In this document: positions 1 to 9,324 of the stretch, piece by piece
Layout: every line of letters begins with the position of its first letter
Numbering within the stretch: position 1 is the first letter of the stretch
Assembly (NCBI GenBank): GCA_031409335.1
Contig: JANNWY010000083.1
Coordinates: forward strand, 1-64,000
DNA from: Chthoniobacteraceae bacterium
Lineage (GTDB): Bacteria > Verrucomicrobiota > Verrucomicrobiia > Chthoniobacterales > Chthoniobacteraceae
Direction of reading: 5' to 3'
Length of the DNA: 64,000 bases
Program-made: the position numbers and the translations under genes
The notes under the pieces: generated by a model
What the model saw: only the letters and a program-made list of their open reading frames with translations
Told to the model about the DNA's origin: nothing
Databases searched by the model: none

Positions 1-2466
1 GCCAATGGCGCGCTCGGCAATGCCGCGGGCACGCTCTTCTTCAAGGGGGGCACTTTGGAGATCACCGGCACCACCTTTACCTCAACGGCTCGCGCCATTT
101 CGTGGGGCACCGGCGGCGGCGGGTTCAAGGTCGCGGACGCCAGCAATACCTTCACGGTCGGCCAGTCTCTGAGCGGCAGTGGCGTGCTCAGCAAGACGGG
201 GCCGGGAACGCTGGTCCTTTCCGGTACGAACACTTACACGGGGCAAACGACGGTTTCCGAAGGCATCCTGCGGCTGGCTGGAGGTAACGCCATTGCGAAT
301 AGTGGCACCGTGGCGCTGACCAATGCGAGTGGGGTGACCTTGGATTTGAATAATACCAGCGAGACGGTCGGCAGCATCACCGGCGGTGGCCTGAGTGGCG
401 GCAATATCAGCCTGGGCTCGGGCACGCTGACCGTGGGCGGGGGCGACTTTGCGGGGGTGATCAGTGGAGCGGGCGGCAGCCTTGCCGCGACGACCAGCCC
501 CCTCCTCGTGAAGGGAGCGAACACTTTCACCGGCGGCACCACGATCAGCAGCGGAGGATCGATCTGGGTAAAGGCTGGCGGCGCACTCGGCACGGGCGTG
601 ATCGCGGTGACCGGCAATGGAACCTACAACGATTTAGCGAACGCCATCGTCTTTGAGCGGAGCGGTGCGCTTGGCGGTGCCGCAGCCACGCCAACGCAGG
701 CGATCACGGTGAATAGCGCGGGATTCATCACCAGCCTGAACTCCTTCACCACGCTGGGTGCGGTGACGCTGAATGGCGGCATCATGGAGACCGAAGGAGG
801 TGAGAGTGCGGCGCATCAGGCGTTCTTTCTGCGCGGGACGGTGACGGTGCAACCGAGTGCCGCGACCGCCTTTATCCGTCCCTATTCGCCCGCCACGCCA
901 AATGCCGGGATTCATCTCCTCAGCGGAGCCTCCGGCGGGACGACTTTCGACGTGGCGAATGGCAGCGCAGCCAATGATCTCGTCGTGACTGCGAAATTGA
1001 TCGATCCCCCGGCGGAGGCCGCGGGCACCGGGAGCGTGATCAAAACAGGAGCCGGAAACATGCAACTCGGTGGGGCGAACACCTACAGCGGTGAGACCAG
1101 AGTGGATGCCGGGACGTTGGAGGTGAGCGGCACAGGCTCAGTGAGCGCGACTTCTTTGATCACCGTCAACAACGGCGGGACGCTGCTCCTGAGCGGCAAC
1201 ATTGCGACCAATAAGATCAACGACGCAGCCGCGGTGAATTTGAATGGCGGGACTTTCAATGTCGGAGGTCTCAGCGGGCTCGATGAGCAGGTCGGCACGC
1301 TCACGCTGAGCAGCACCTCGACCCTCGACTTCGGCGCGGCCAGCACCAGCGAAAGCCTGCGCTTTGGCGATAGCCATACCGCTACCTGGGCCGGGCGACT
1401 CAATGTCTGGAACTGGACCGGCGGCGTGGATCATTTATATGTCGGCACAGACTTCGGCGGGCTGACCGCGTCACAGTTGGCGCAAGTGCGTTTTTACAGC
1501 GACAGTGGGAGCACGCTGCTCGCCGATGGCGCGGCGTTCGCTGGCATGGGGGAGATCACGCCGGTGCCCGAGGCTTCCACCGTCTATGTGGCGGTGGGTC
1601 TGTTCGGCCTGATTGGCTGGCGGGAAAGGCGCAAAGCGCGGCGCCTCCGCATCGTTCTCAACTGCGCGCTGTTCGGGAGTTTGGCCGGCATCGGCTGGAC
1701 GCATGGCGATGTGGATGAGGCGATCGCTGCGGCCACCCAGCAAATTGCCGCGCAACCCGCGGACGCGAAGCTTTACCTGCGGCGCGGCGGACTCCACCGG
1801 ATGCATCGGGATTGGATCGCGGCGGGCGCGGATTTCGACAAAGCGCTGACGCTCGACCCGCAACTCATCGTGGCGGAACTGATGCGCGGCGAGATGCTCT
1901 GTGAGGCGGGACGGGCGAAGGAGGCGAAGCAGCCGCTTGATCGTTTCCTCGCGCAGCGTCCGCAGGATTCCGCCGGCCACGCCGCGCGCGCCCGGGCTTT
2001 CGCAGCGGCAGCAGAGTGGTCCGCCGCCGCGGAGGATTTCGCGCAGGCCATCGCGTTTGGGCCAGCGCCCGATCCCGCGCTGTTCATCGAGCGAGCCGGC
2101 ACGCTGCGCGCAGCGGGCAAAATGGATGATGCCATCCGGGCGCTTGACGACGGAATCGCCCGGCTCGGTCCACTGATCACGTTGGTCCAGTTGGCGATCG
2201 ATCTTGAGGCCGAGGGGGGTCATGTGGATGCAGCGCTCGCCCGGTTGGCGAAAGTAGTGGAAGCGACCCCGCGCAAGGAGCGCTGGCTTTTGCGTCGCGG
2301 CGAACTGCTGGAGAAATCGGGCCAACGCGCCGCTGCCCACGATGCCTACACCGCCGCGCAAGCCGCTCTCGCGAAAGTTTCCACCGCGCGCCGGGCGACG
2401 CCCGCGACGCAAGAGGTCTCGCGGGCCATCGCTGCGGCGCTCATCCGCGTCGCTCCGGGATCGTAG
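1..2466 (+). CDS. Autotransporter-associated beta-strand repeat protein with internal PEP-CTERM signal, fused in frame to a TPR protein (5'-truncated by window edge)
   Basis: Frame open from base 1. Repeats LSKTGPGTLVLSGTNTYTGQTTVSEGILRL and VIKTGAGNMQLGGANTYSGETRVDAGTLEV; ITPVPEAST-TM-RERRKARR ending at 1644 (VPE at 1564); Ala-rich TPR helices from 1702. Confidence 0.85.
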   Translation, partial: ANGALGNAAGTLFFKGGTLEITGTTFTSTARAISWGTGGGGFKVADASNTFTVGQSLSGSGVLSKTGPGTLVLSGTNTYTGQTTVSEGILRLAGGNAIANSGTVALTNASGVTLDLNNTSETVGSITGGGLSGGNISLGSGTLTVGGGDFAGVISGAGGSLAATTSPLLVKGANTFTGGTTISSGGSIWVKAGGALGTGVIAVTGNGTYNDLANAIVFERSGALGGAAATPTQAITVNSAGFITSLNSFTTLGAVTLNGGIMETEGGESAAHQAFFLRGTVTVQPSAATAFIRPYSPATPNAGIHLLSGASGGTTFDVANGSAANDLVVTAKLIDPPAEAAGTGSVIKTGAGNMQLGGANTYSGETRVDAGTLEVSGTGSVSATSLITVNNGGTLLLSGNIATNKINDAAAVNLNGGTFNVGGLSGLDEQVGTLTLSSTSTLDFGAASTSESLRFGDSHTATWAGRLNVWNWTGGVDHLYVGTDFGGLTASQLAQVRFYSDSGSTLLADGAAFAGMGEITPVPEASTVYVAVGLFGLIGWRERRKARRLRIVLNCALFGSLAGIGWTHGDVDEAIAAATQQIAAQPADAKLYLRRGGLHRMHRDWIAAGADFDKALTLDPQLIVAELMRGEMLCEAGRAKEAKQPLDRFLAQRPQDSAGHAARARAFAAAAEWSAAAEDFAQAIAFGPAPDPALFIERAGTLRAAGKMDDAIRALDDGIARLGPLITLVQLAIDLEAEGGHVDAALARLAKVVEATPRKERWLLRRGELLEKSGQRAAAHDAYTAAQAALAKVSTARRATPATQEVSRAIAAALIRVAPGS

Positions 2467-2635
2467 GACGATTTCTACACTCCACACGCCAACGGTGTTT
2501 CATCGCTCAGCCCAATAGGTTGCGCGCCTGGCGTTTTGTGCCGCAGGTGCCGACGCCGACTTCCGCGCCTGCGCCCGTGGTGAAATGGATATTTGAGGAT
2601 CGAGCGCGCGGAACCGTGGTGGGGAGCAGGCGTGT

Positions 2636-3691
2636 TTAGGAAAGTTTCGCGCGCGAGCCGGTCCGCGCGGCTTCGTAGATCGCGAGCACGAGGGCGACGG
2701 CGTTGCGGGCTTCCGCGCCGGGGATCATGGGCGGACGGTTTTCGCGCAGTGCATCGACGAGATCGGCGACGAGGCGGCGGTGACCTTCGTGGGTGATCGC
2801 CATCGGGTCCGCGGCGCCGCCCTTGATCGCAGGGGAACCGTCGTCTTCGAGAACTGCCGCGTCTTCGGGAAGCGGCTCCGCGAATTCCCAGCGCACGAGC
2901 CGGTCGTTGACGAGCACGGCGGTGCCGCGTTCGCCGATGATTTCGATTCGCAAATCGGAGCCGGGATACGCGGAAGTCGCGGCCTCGATCGAACCGAGCG
3001 CGCCATGCGCAAAGCGGAGTGACGCGACGATCGTGTCCTCGGCCTCGATGCCGGGATGGGCGAGCGTCGCGGAAAATGCGCTGACTTCAGCGGGCATTCC
3101 GGCAAGCCATTGCAGGAGATCGACGGCGTGGATGCCTTGATTCATCAGCGCGCCGCCGCCGTCGAGCCGCCACGTTCCCTTCCATGCCGAGCCGGTGTAA
3201 TAGCTCCGCGCGCGCCACCATTTCACGTACGCGCTGCACAGCGTGAGTTGCCCGAAACGACCGGCGGCGATCGCGCGCTTCAAGATGCCTGCACCGCGTC
3301 CGAGGCGATTTTGGAAAATGCCCGCGAGCATTCCGCCGCCGCGTTCCGCCGCGGCGAGGATGCGGTCCACGGCGTCCAGGGAAATCTCCAGCGGCTTTTC
3401 GCAAAGCCCGGCTTTTCCCGCCTCCAGCAAAGGCACCGCGGCCTCCGCGTGCGCGCCGCTCGGCGTGGTGATGCACACCGCGTGGACCGCGGGATCGCGG
3501 ATGATTTCCTCCAGACTTTCCGCCGCCTGGCATTCGTGCCGTTTCGCAAAATCCGCGCGCGCCGCGCTGCCACGCGAGAACGCGGAGATGAGCTTCGCAC
3601 CCGCATTCGCGCGGATCGCGCCGGCGTGGACATCGGCGATGGCACCGGTGCCGATGATGGCGAAGCCGATAGCGTTTGGCGCGGAATTCAT
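2636..3691 (-). CDS. Gfo/Idh/MocA family oxidoreductase
   Basis: FAIIGTGAIA Rossmann motif, CEKP, GGGALMNQGIHAVD. ATG at 3691; the 794-aa ORF-track version includes an antisense shadow of bioB. Confidence 0.9.
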   Translation of the reverse strand: MNSAPNAIGFAIIGTGAIADVHAGAIRANAGAKLISAFSRGSAARADFAKRHECQAAESLEEIIRDPAVHAVCITTPSGAHAEAAVPLLEAGKAGLCEKPLEISLDAVDRILAAAERGGGMLAGIFQNRLGRGAGILKRAIAAGRFGQLTLCSAYVKWWRARSYYTGSAWKGTWRLDGGGALMNQGIHAVDLLQWLAGMPAEVSAFSATLAHPGIEAEDTIVASLRFAHGALGSIEAATSAYPGSDLRIEIIGERGTAVLVNDRLVRWEFAEPLPEDAAVLEDDGSPAIKGGAADPMAITHEGHRRLVADLVDALRENRPPMIPGAEARNAVALVLAIYEAARTGSRAKLS

Positions 3692-3805
3692 AGCTGGGAC
3701 ATTTTGAAAAAGAGCCAATACGGTGAATGACTCCCTGCCGACAATCTTTTCGGTTTCGCCTTGGACGGCTCGCGAGTCTCCACTAACAACACTGCACTTT
3801 TCCGC

Positions 3806-4768
3806 ATGAACCTCACCGCACTCCAGGCGCTCTACGATCTTCCCTTCTTCGATCTCATCCAGCGTGGGCGCGATGCGTATTTGGAAAACTGGAGCAACAA
3901 TGAAGTGCAGCTTTGCACGCTGCTTTCCATCAAGACGGGCGGGTGCTCGGAGGACTGCGGCTATTGCGCGCAGAGTTCGCGTTACAAGACGGATGTGAAG
4001 GCGGAGAAGCTGATGGAAACGGCGGACGTGCTCGAAGTCGCGCAGCGGGCGCGCGAGAATGGTTCGACGCGCTTTTGCATGGGCGCGGCGTGGAAGGGTG
4101 TGCGCGATGGGGATGCGAAATTCGAGCAAGTGCTGGGGACGATCCGCGAAGTCAGCAAGCTCGGCATGGAAGTGTGCGTGACACTCGGGCAGCTCACGCT
4201 CACCGAGGCGCGCAAGCTCAAGGAGGCGGGCGTCACGGCTTACAATCACAACATCGACACATCGCCCGAGCACTACGCGAACATCGTCACGACGCATACT
4301 TTCCAAGACCGCGTGGACACCATCGCTGCCGTGCAGCAGGCCGGGATGGATGTGTGCTGCGGCGGCATCATCGGCATGGGTGAGACGGAATTGGACCGAC
4401 TGAAAATGCTGGAAGTGCTCACCAATTTCGATCCCGCGCCAGAGAGCGTGCCGATCAATTGCCTGATGGCGATGCCCGGCACGCCGCTCGCAGATCAGCC
4501 GCCGGTCGATATCTTCCCGCTCGTCCGCCTGATTGCGGTCACGCGCATCGTCTTGCCGAAGGCGAAAGTCCGCCTCAGTGCCGGTCGCACGCGGCTTTCC
4601 CGCGAAGGCCAGGCGCTGTGCTTTTTCGCGGGCGCGAACTCGATTTTTTACGGAGACAAATTGCTCACCGCGAAAAACCCCGGCGTCGATGAAGACCGCG
4701 ACCTGCTCGCGGAACTCGATCTGATCCCGCAGCAGCCGCACGCGGATCGGATGGCTTGCATGACGTAG
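3806..4768 (+). CDS. bioB: Biotin synthase (radical SAM)
   Basis: SIKTGGCSEDCGYCAQS (CxxxCxxC), YNHNIDT, ESVPIN, VRLSAGR, GANSIFYGDKLLT. Confidence 0.96.
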   Translation: MNLTALQALYDLPFFDLIQRGRDAYLENWSNNEVQLCTLLSIKTGGCSEDCGYCAQSSRYKTDVKAEKLMETADVLEVAQRARENGSTRFCMGAAWKGVRDGDAKFEQVLGTIREVSKLGMEVCVTLGQLTLTEARKLKEAGVTAYNHNIDTSPEHYANIVTTHTFQDRVDTIAAVQQAGMDVCCGGIIGMGETELDRLKMLEVLTNFDPAPESVPINCLMAMPGTPLADQPPVDIFPLVRLIAVTRIVLPKAKVRLSAGRTRLSREGQALCFFAGANSIFYGDKLLTAKNPGVDEDRDLLAELDLIPQQPHADRMACMT

Positions 4769-4773
4769 ATTTT

Positions 4774-5577
4774 CTACCCGCCGCGCATCAGCCACACCAG
4801 CGCGCCCCACAGCCGCACGCACAGCTCCTCGGTATTCCCCAAAAGCTCGCGTGCGAATGCGACGAGCGTGATTTCCGGCGCGGCGATGATGAGCAGCGCG
4901 AGGAGGAGCAGGAGATTCATGACGTAGATGATGACGAGCGAAAAGAAGGTGCCGTGATAGGTGAGGTCGCTTTGGCCTTTCGGGATCATCCAAAGGGTGA
5001 AGCTCATGTGGAACGCCCACGTCACACCGAGCAGGCCGAAGAGCAGTGGAGTGAACGAGGCGACGTTGTAGAACAAGCTGACGACGCCGTACACGGCGAT
5101 GACGGCGATGCTGTAGAGCGGGTAGAAATACGGCGCGAGCGCGATGAGGAAATTATTCGTGTCGGTGATGATGTGGCCGCCGTCGCGCCGGACCTTGAAG
5201 CGCATCACCCGGCCACCCATCGCCCAGACCCAGATGGCGTGGGTCAATTCATGGCCGAAGACATACACGCGCAGCGGGCGCGGCTCGCGGAAGGCCCAGA
5301 TGCTGGCGAAAAACACGGCCACCCACGCAGCCACGCCGATGACGAAAAAGCGAAACTCCTGCGTCGCCCAAAAGCGGTGATCGACGGCGGCTTGATGGAA
5401 GCAGGTGAAGAGGCTTTGCGTGAGCAGGCCGGCGACGGGCAGGAGGAAAATGGCGACGATCGTATTCAGCCACCACGTGGGAATCGTCCATGGCTCGGGC
5501 TCGCAGGTCCGCGCGCCTGCCATGAGGATTTTGCGAGGCGTGCGTTTGTTTTTGGATTTCGTTCGACTGGAAGCCAC
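4774..5577 (-). CDS. Integral membrane protein, peptidase M50-like HExxH metalloprotease
   Basis: Multiple TM segments, FGHELTHAIW motif, LIALAPYF. Confidence 0.65.
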   Translation of the reverse strand: MASSRTKSKNKRTPRKILMAGARTCEPEPWTIPTWWLNTIVAIFLLPVAGLLTQSLFTCFHQAAVDHRFWATQEFRFFVIGVAAWVAVFFASIWAFREPRPLRVYVFGHELTHAIWVWAMGGRVMRFKVRRDGGHIITDTNNFLIALAPYFYPLYSIAVIAVYGVVSLFYNVASFTPLLFGLLGVTWAFHMSFTLWMIPKGQSDLTYHGTFFSLVIIYVMNLLLLLALLIIAAPEITLVAFARELLGNTEELCVRLWGALVWLMRGG

Positions 5578-5638
5578 GGAATGCGCGTGGTTCTAACGAA
5601 ATTATTTGCGACGAAAAGACGCAAAACCGCATTTCCGA

Positions 5639-6712
5639 TCAGTGCCGGGTGCGGTACGCGGGGAAGTAGTCGCTTTGCAGCTGGGCCTCCAGCGGGAGGT
5701 TGGCGGCCTGCGCGCTGAGCGCGGTCAGCGCGCGGTATTTCTCTTCATCGGTGATGAGGCGTAGGGTGAAAAACGGGAAGGTTAGACTCGAAAAACCGCG
5801 CTTGAACGAAAGCAGCCGGTCATCGGACCCACCGACGCCGCCGCCGAGGTGCAGGTAGCGGTTGCCGCGGGATTTCGCCCATTCCGCTGCGTGAAGAAGG
5901 GCGAGATGAAACGGAGATTTCGACAGGAACGATGATTTCGTGCCGCCAAGGTGCGCTTGGAAAAGCCCGTCGCATTCGAGGAAAACACACGCTGCCGCCA
6001 GCTCGCTTCCGAGTTCCACAAAACAGCAATGCACGCTGTCGCGCAGCTCGGCGAGTTTCACAAAATATTCGCGGCCGAAATAGTACGAATCCCGGGCATG
6101 CACGCGGTCCATGGTCTCGCGATACACTTCCAGGAACGAGTCGATGTGTTCGTGAAGGGGAACCATCCGCGCCTCGAAGCCGAGCCGCTTGCACTTTCGG
6201 ATCGTCCATTGATGACCATCGCGAATGTTTTTCCAGATGCCGTCTGCATCCGGCGTCAAATCCATCGCCACCGTTTCACTCGCGGCGCCGAAAAATTTCT
6301 CAGGAAAAAGTTCCGAAAGACCGATGCTGAAAAACGGATTCATCCGAAAGAACGCCGAGCAGACGCCCTGCTCGCGGAGCGTTTCGCTCAAGCGCTGCAT
6401 CGCTCCTTGCGCGAAATCAGGCGACTGCCGCGCGGCGTCGCTGAGCAGCAAGCCGGGATATCCGTATGGCGAAATGACGTCGCAGACATCCGCCGCGACC
6501 GAGTTGCCCGGGAACAGGACGTCGCACCGCCGCCGAAGGTATGGGATGAAGAATTCCCGGTCCGCCTCTCGCGCCCAAAACGCGCCCGGCTCCGCCTGAT
6601 TCGTCTCACCCTCGAGCAGGGAATACGCGGGGAGGTGGTAAAAGTCGTGGGACAGCCGACTCAGGACCGCGCGCCATTCGGGATCGTCGGCGCGCAGGTG
6701 CCGGTGTTCCAT
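5639..6712 (-). CDS. GNAT-fold FemAB-like acyl/aminoacyl transferase
   Basis: DVISPYGYPG, YRETMDRVHARDSYYF, LHLGGGVGG..DRLLSFKRGFS, YFPAYR; ATG overlaps the upstream TGA. Confidence 0.8.
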   Translation of the reverse strand: MEHRHLRADDPEWRAVLSRLSHDFYHLPAYSLLEGETNQAEPGAFWAREADREFFIPYLRRRCDVLFPGNSVAADVCDVISPYGYPGLLLSDAARQSPDFAQGAMQRLSETLREQGVCSAFFRMNPFFSIGLSELFPEKFFGAASETVAMDLTPDADGIWKNIRDGHQWTIRKCKRLGFEARMVPLHEHIDSFLEVYRETMDRVHARDSYYFGREYFVKLAELRDSVHCCFVELGSELAAACVFLECDGLFQAHLGGTKSSFLSKSPFHLALLHAAEWAKSRGNRYLHLGGGVGGSDDRLLSFKRGFSSLTFPFFTLRLITDEEKYRALTALSAQAANLPLEAQLQSDYFPAYRTRH

Positions 6713-7596
6713 CACGCGCCTTCCGACCATACGGTGGGAAAGACGGATGGGTCGCTGAAATCGGGATCGCCGTTGGGCAGGGTGCGGCAGAGCTTCTCGT
6801 CGAAGATGTGGATTTCGCGGCCTTGCGCAGTGCGGAACGGGCGATAGTGATTCGGGCCATCCTGCAAATGGACCGCGAAGGAAAGCCGGGGCAGCCCGCT
6901 CGTGTTCGGGTAGCTGCCGTGGATCGTCCAGGCGTGGTGAAAGCTGACCTGCCCTTTCTTCAGCGTCATCGGGACGGTGCGGACTTCCATTCCAAAGTCG
7001 CGGAACTTCTGTTCGAGTTCCGCGAGGTCTTGATGGTTGAAAAAGCGCACATCCTGGTTGCCTTCCCAACGATGGCTCCCGGCCATCACCACGAGTGGAC
7101 CGCGGTTCACCTCCACGGAATGCAGCGGAATCCACGCGGTGGTGAGATTGTCCGAACTGCACGTGCCCCAGTAGGCGCGGTCCGCGTGCCAGCCGGTCAC
7201 TGTCGTCGATGCGTTTTGGGTGTTGGACGGTTTGTAAATGAGTTGGTCGTCGAGCAGCCGGATCGACGCACTGCGCGTGAGTCTGGCCGCGATCGCACCC
7301 AGCAGCGGATAGGTGGCGAGCGCGTAAAGTTCCTTTTTTTGCAGCGAGACAAACTCGTTGTTGCGCTGGCCGTCGCCATCGCCCGGTTGCCAGTTGGAAA
7401 AGCCGGTGTCGAACGGGAGCACCGCGTCGCGTTCCCCTTGGTAAAAGCGCTGACTTCCTTCATCGGCGTCGTCGATCAGCGAGCCAGGCAGGACGCCTTG
7501 TTTGGAGATATAGTAGCCATTTTCCTCGTAAAATTTTACGTCGGAATCGTCAGGCAGGAGGGCAAGTTGGTCCGGGGTGAGTGAGAATGAAGACAT
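6712..7596 (-). CDS. Phytanoyl-CoA dioxygenase (PhyH) family Fe/2OG oxygenase
   Basis: FYEENGYYI, GWHAD (HxD), TAWIPL, GSHRW, HHAWTIHGSYPNTS..PR. Confidence 0.88.
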   Translation of the reverse strand: MSSFSLTPDQLALLPDDSDVKFYEENGYYISKQGVLPGSLIDDADEGSQRFYQGERDAVLPFDTGFSNWQPGDGDGQRNNEFVSLQKKELYALATYPLLGAIAARLTRSASIRLLDDQLIYKPSNTQNASTTVTGWHADRAYWGTCSSDNLTTAWIPLHSVEVNRGPLVVMAGSHRWEGNQDVRFFNHQDLAELEQKFRDFGMEVRTVPMTLKKGQVSFHHAWTIHGSYPNTSGLPRLSFAVHLQDGPNHYRPFRTAQGREIHIFDEKLCRTLPNGDPDFSDPSVFPTVWSEGA

Positions 7597-7754
7597 GATG
7601 GGAAAAGGATTTTCTTCGATGCTGCGCAGAAGGTTCGTGGTTGATGCGGGTCCGGACATTTTCCAGCGAGTATGACTTTCAGAAACGCGGGAGCAAGAAA
7701 AGTGTGCTGTGTTTCAGCGAAACTGACCGCCGCGGGCTGCAATCGCCCACCGCG

Positions 7755-8936
7755 CTATTGGTCCACGCCCGCTGCGACAGCCGCGGTGGCGATGCCGAGG
7801 TATTCCAAGATGCGCGCCTGCTCGGCGTCTTTGAGATTCGCGCGGCGTGCCATTCCGGCGACGGCTTTGGACCAGCCGTCCATAGAGCGCGAGTCGAGCA
7901 TTTCGAGGTCGTGGCATTCGGCGCAGCGGGTCGTGTAAAGTTTGCGGCCCTCACTGAGCGTGTCGCCGGTGCCTTTGATTTTCATGGCGGTGAGAAAGGC
8001 GGGAGTGATTTGCGGTGAGGTGCGCTCCTCAAATTGCGCGTTCATTTCCTGTTTCAGCGCGCGGAGTTTGACGTGGTCGGCGCAGAGCTTGAGGCCGTTC
8101 TCGATGGCGGTCATGGCGTGGACTGCGCCTTTGTGGAAACGGCGCATTTCATTCGCGGAATCGAGCATGCCCTGCGCTTCGTCGAGGTCGCGCTGATTGC
8201 GGGCGGCGAGGGCTTTCATCGCGAGATGCCCGGGCTCGGCGGCGAGGCCGGCTTCGAGATGTTTCGCGGCTTCGACGAGGCGGTGGCGGGCGAGCGACTG
8301 GCGGGCGCGGGTGAAGGCGTTTTGGGAGATAGTGACCCGCTTTTTAAGATCGGCACGGTCGAGCATCGGCGGCGGAGCGGCGCCGAGGCGGTCGGCGCCT
8401 TCGTCGAGCGGAAGCGCGAGCGTCGGCAGGCCGGACTTGGCGAGTTGCGCGGTGAGATCGCGCATCGCTTTCAAGCCAGCGGCAGTGCCCGTGCGCGCGG
8501 CGACGATGCGCGCGATGATGGGAGCGGCGAGTGGTTTCACGGTCGCGTCCTGCGCCGCGCGCTGGAGGAGACGCGCGGATTCATCGTGGCGCTGATCGCG
8601 AAATGCGCCGACGCCCTTCACGAGATCCGCCCACGCGCTCGGCGGGCTGGGTTCGAGGACTTCTTCCGGCAGCGTGACCGCGACCACGGAGTCGTCGTCT
8701 TTCAAATAGCTCACGAAAACGCGCCGAGTGGCGGCGTCGTGTTTGAGGACGGTAAACTCCTGGCCTTTCGCGCCGGGCTGAAAGTTTTCGCCTTTGAAAA
8801 GCAGCATCTCGCTTTTCACGACGCGCACATTTTCACCCGGTAAAAATGGGGCGGCCTGAAGGATGGGAGCGAGCAGCAGAACGGATAACGCATGCAGCGC
8901 ATACGAATGCTTTCTTGATGGGTTGTAGCTTTGCAT
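7755..8936 (-). CDS. Secreted helical-repeat protein with C-terminal monoheme cytochrome c domain
   Basis: N-terminal signal peptide, Ala-rich TPR-like helices, GRKLYTTRCAECH heme motif followed by W..AVAGM. Confidence 0.7.
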   Translation of the reverse strand: MQSYNPSRKHSYALHALSVLLLAPILQAAPFLPGENVRVVKSEMLLFKGENFQPGAKGQEFTVLKHDAATRRVFVSYLKDDDSVVAVTLPEEVLEPSPPSAWADLVKGVGAFRDQRHDESARLLQRAAQDATVKPLAAPIIARIVAARTGTAAGLKAMRDLTAQLAKSGLPTLALPLDEGADRLGAAPPPMLDRADLKKRVTISQNAFTRARQSLARHRLVEAAKHLEAGLAAEPGHLAMKALAARNQRDLDEAQGMLDSANEMRRFHKGAVHAMTAIENGLKLCADHVKLRALKQEMNAQFEERTSPQITPAFLTAMKIKGTGDTLSEGRKLYTTRCAECHDLEMLDSRSMDGWSKAVAGMARRANLKDAEQARILEYLGIATAAVAAGVDQ

Positions 8937-9038
8937 GTCGGAGGAAGTCTATGAGACTATCGAAAATGCAATCAGTGACCTCAGACGAGGTGACGAAACC
9001 AGTTTCCATCCCTCGTCATCTGCGCGTTCTGTTTCATC

Positions 9039-9320
9039 TCAACGCTTATCTCTTGTCGTAAGCGAACCATCCTTTGGCTTTGGCTCCAGCCGCCGAAAAA
9101 GAAGCCTTAACAGCTTGAAAAAAAGGATGATTCCGAAAAAAAATCCACCTAAAAACCCCACGCCTCCCCAAGGCTTACCAAACAACCGTGCAACTACAGT
9201 CCCAGTCGCCCATCCTGTCCCCGTGCAAAAAGCAAAAACTGCTATTGCTAGGATCAAATCAAACAATCCCCACCCAGCTTGTGACGAGTTACGCATGTCG
9301 CCTTGTATCTCTTCTAACAT
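9039..9320 (-). CDS. Small membrane protein in a lower-GC patch (start uncertain: 9320 or 9296)
   Basis: Two hydrophobic Gly-rich segments and a basic tail; about 49% GC by hand count over 9061-9300. Confidence 0.5.
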   Translation of the reverse strand: MLEEIQGDMRNSSQAGWGLFDLILAIAVFAFCTGTGWATGTVVARLFGKPWGGVGFLGGFFFGIILFFKLLRLLFRRLEPKPKDGSLTTRDKR

Positions 9321-9324
9321 CTTT

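Noticed and set aside
3692..5020. N-terminal ~440 aa of the 794-aa minus-strand ORF
   Set aside because: Antisense shadow of bioB; oxidoreductase motifs begin only at the ATG at 3691
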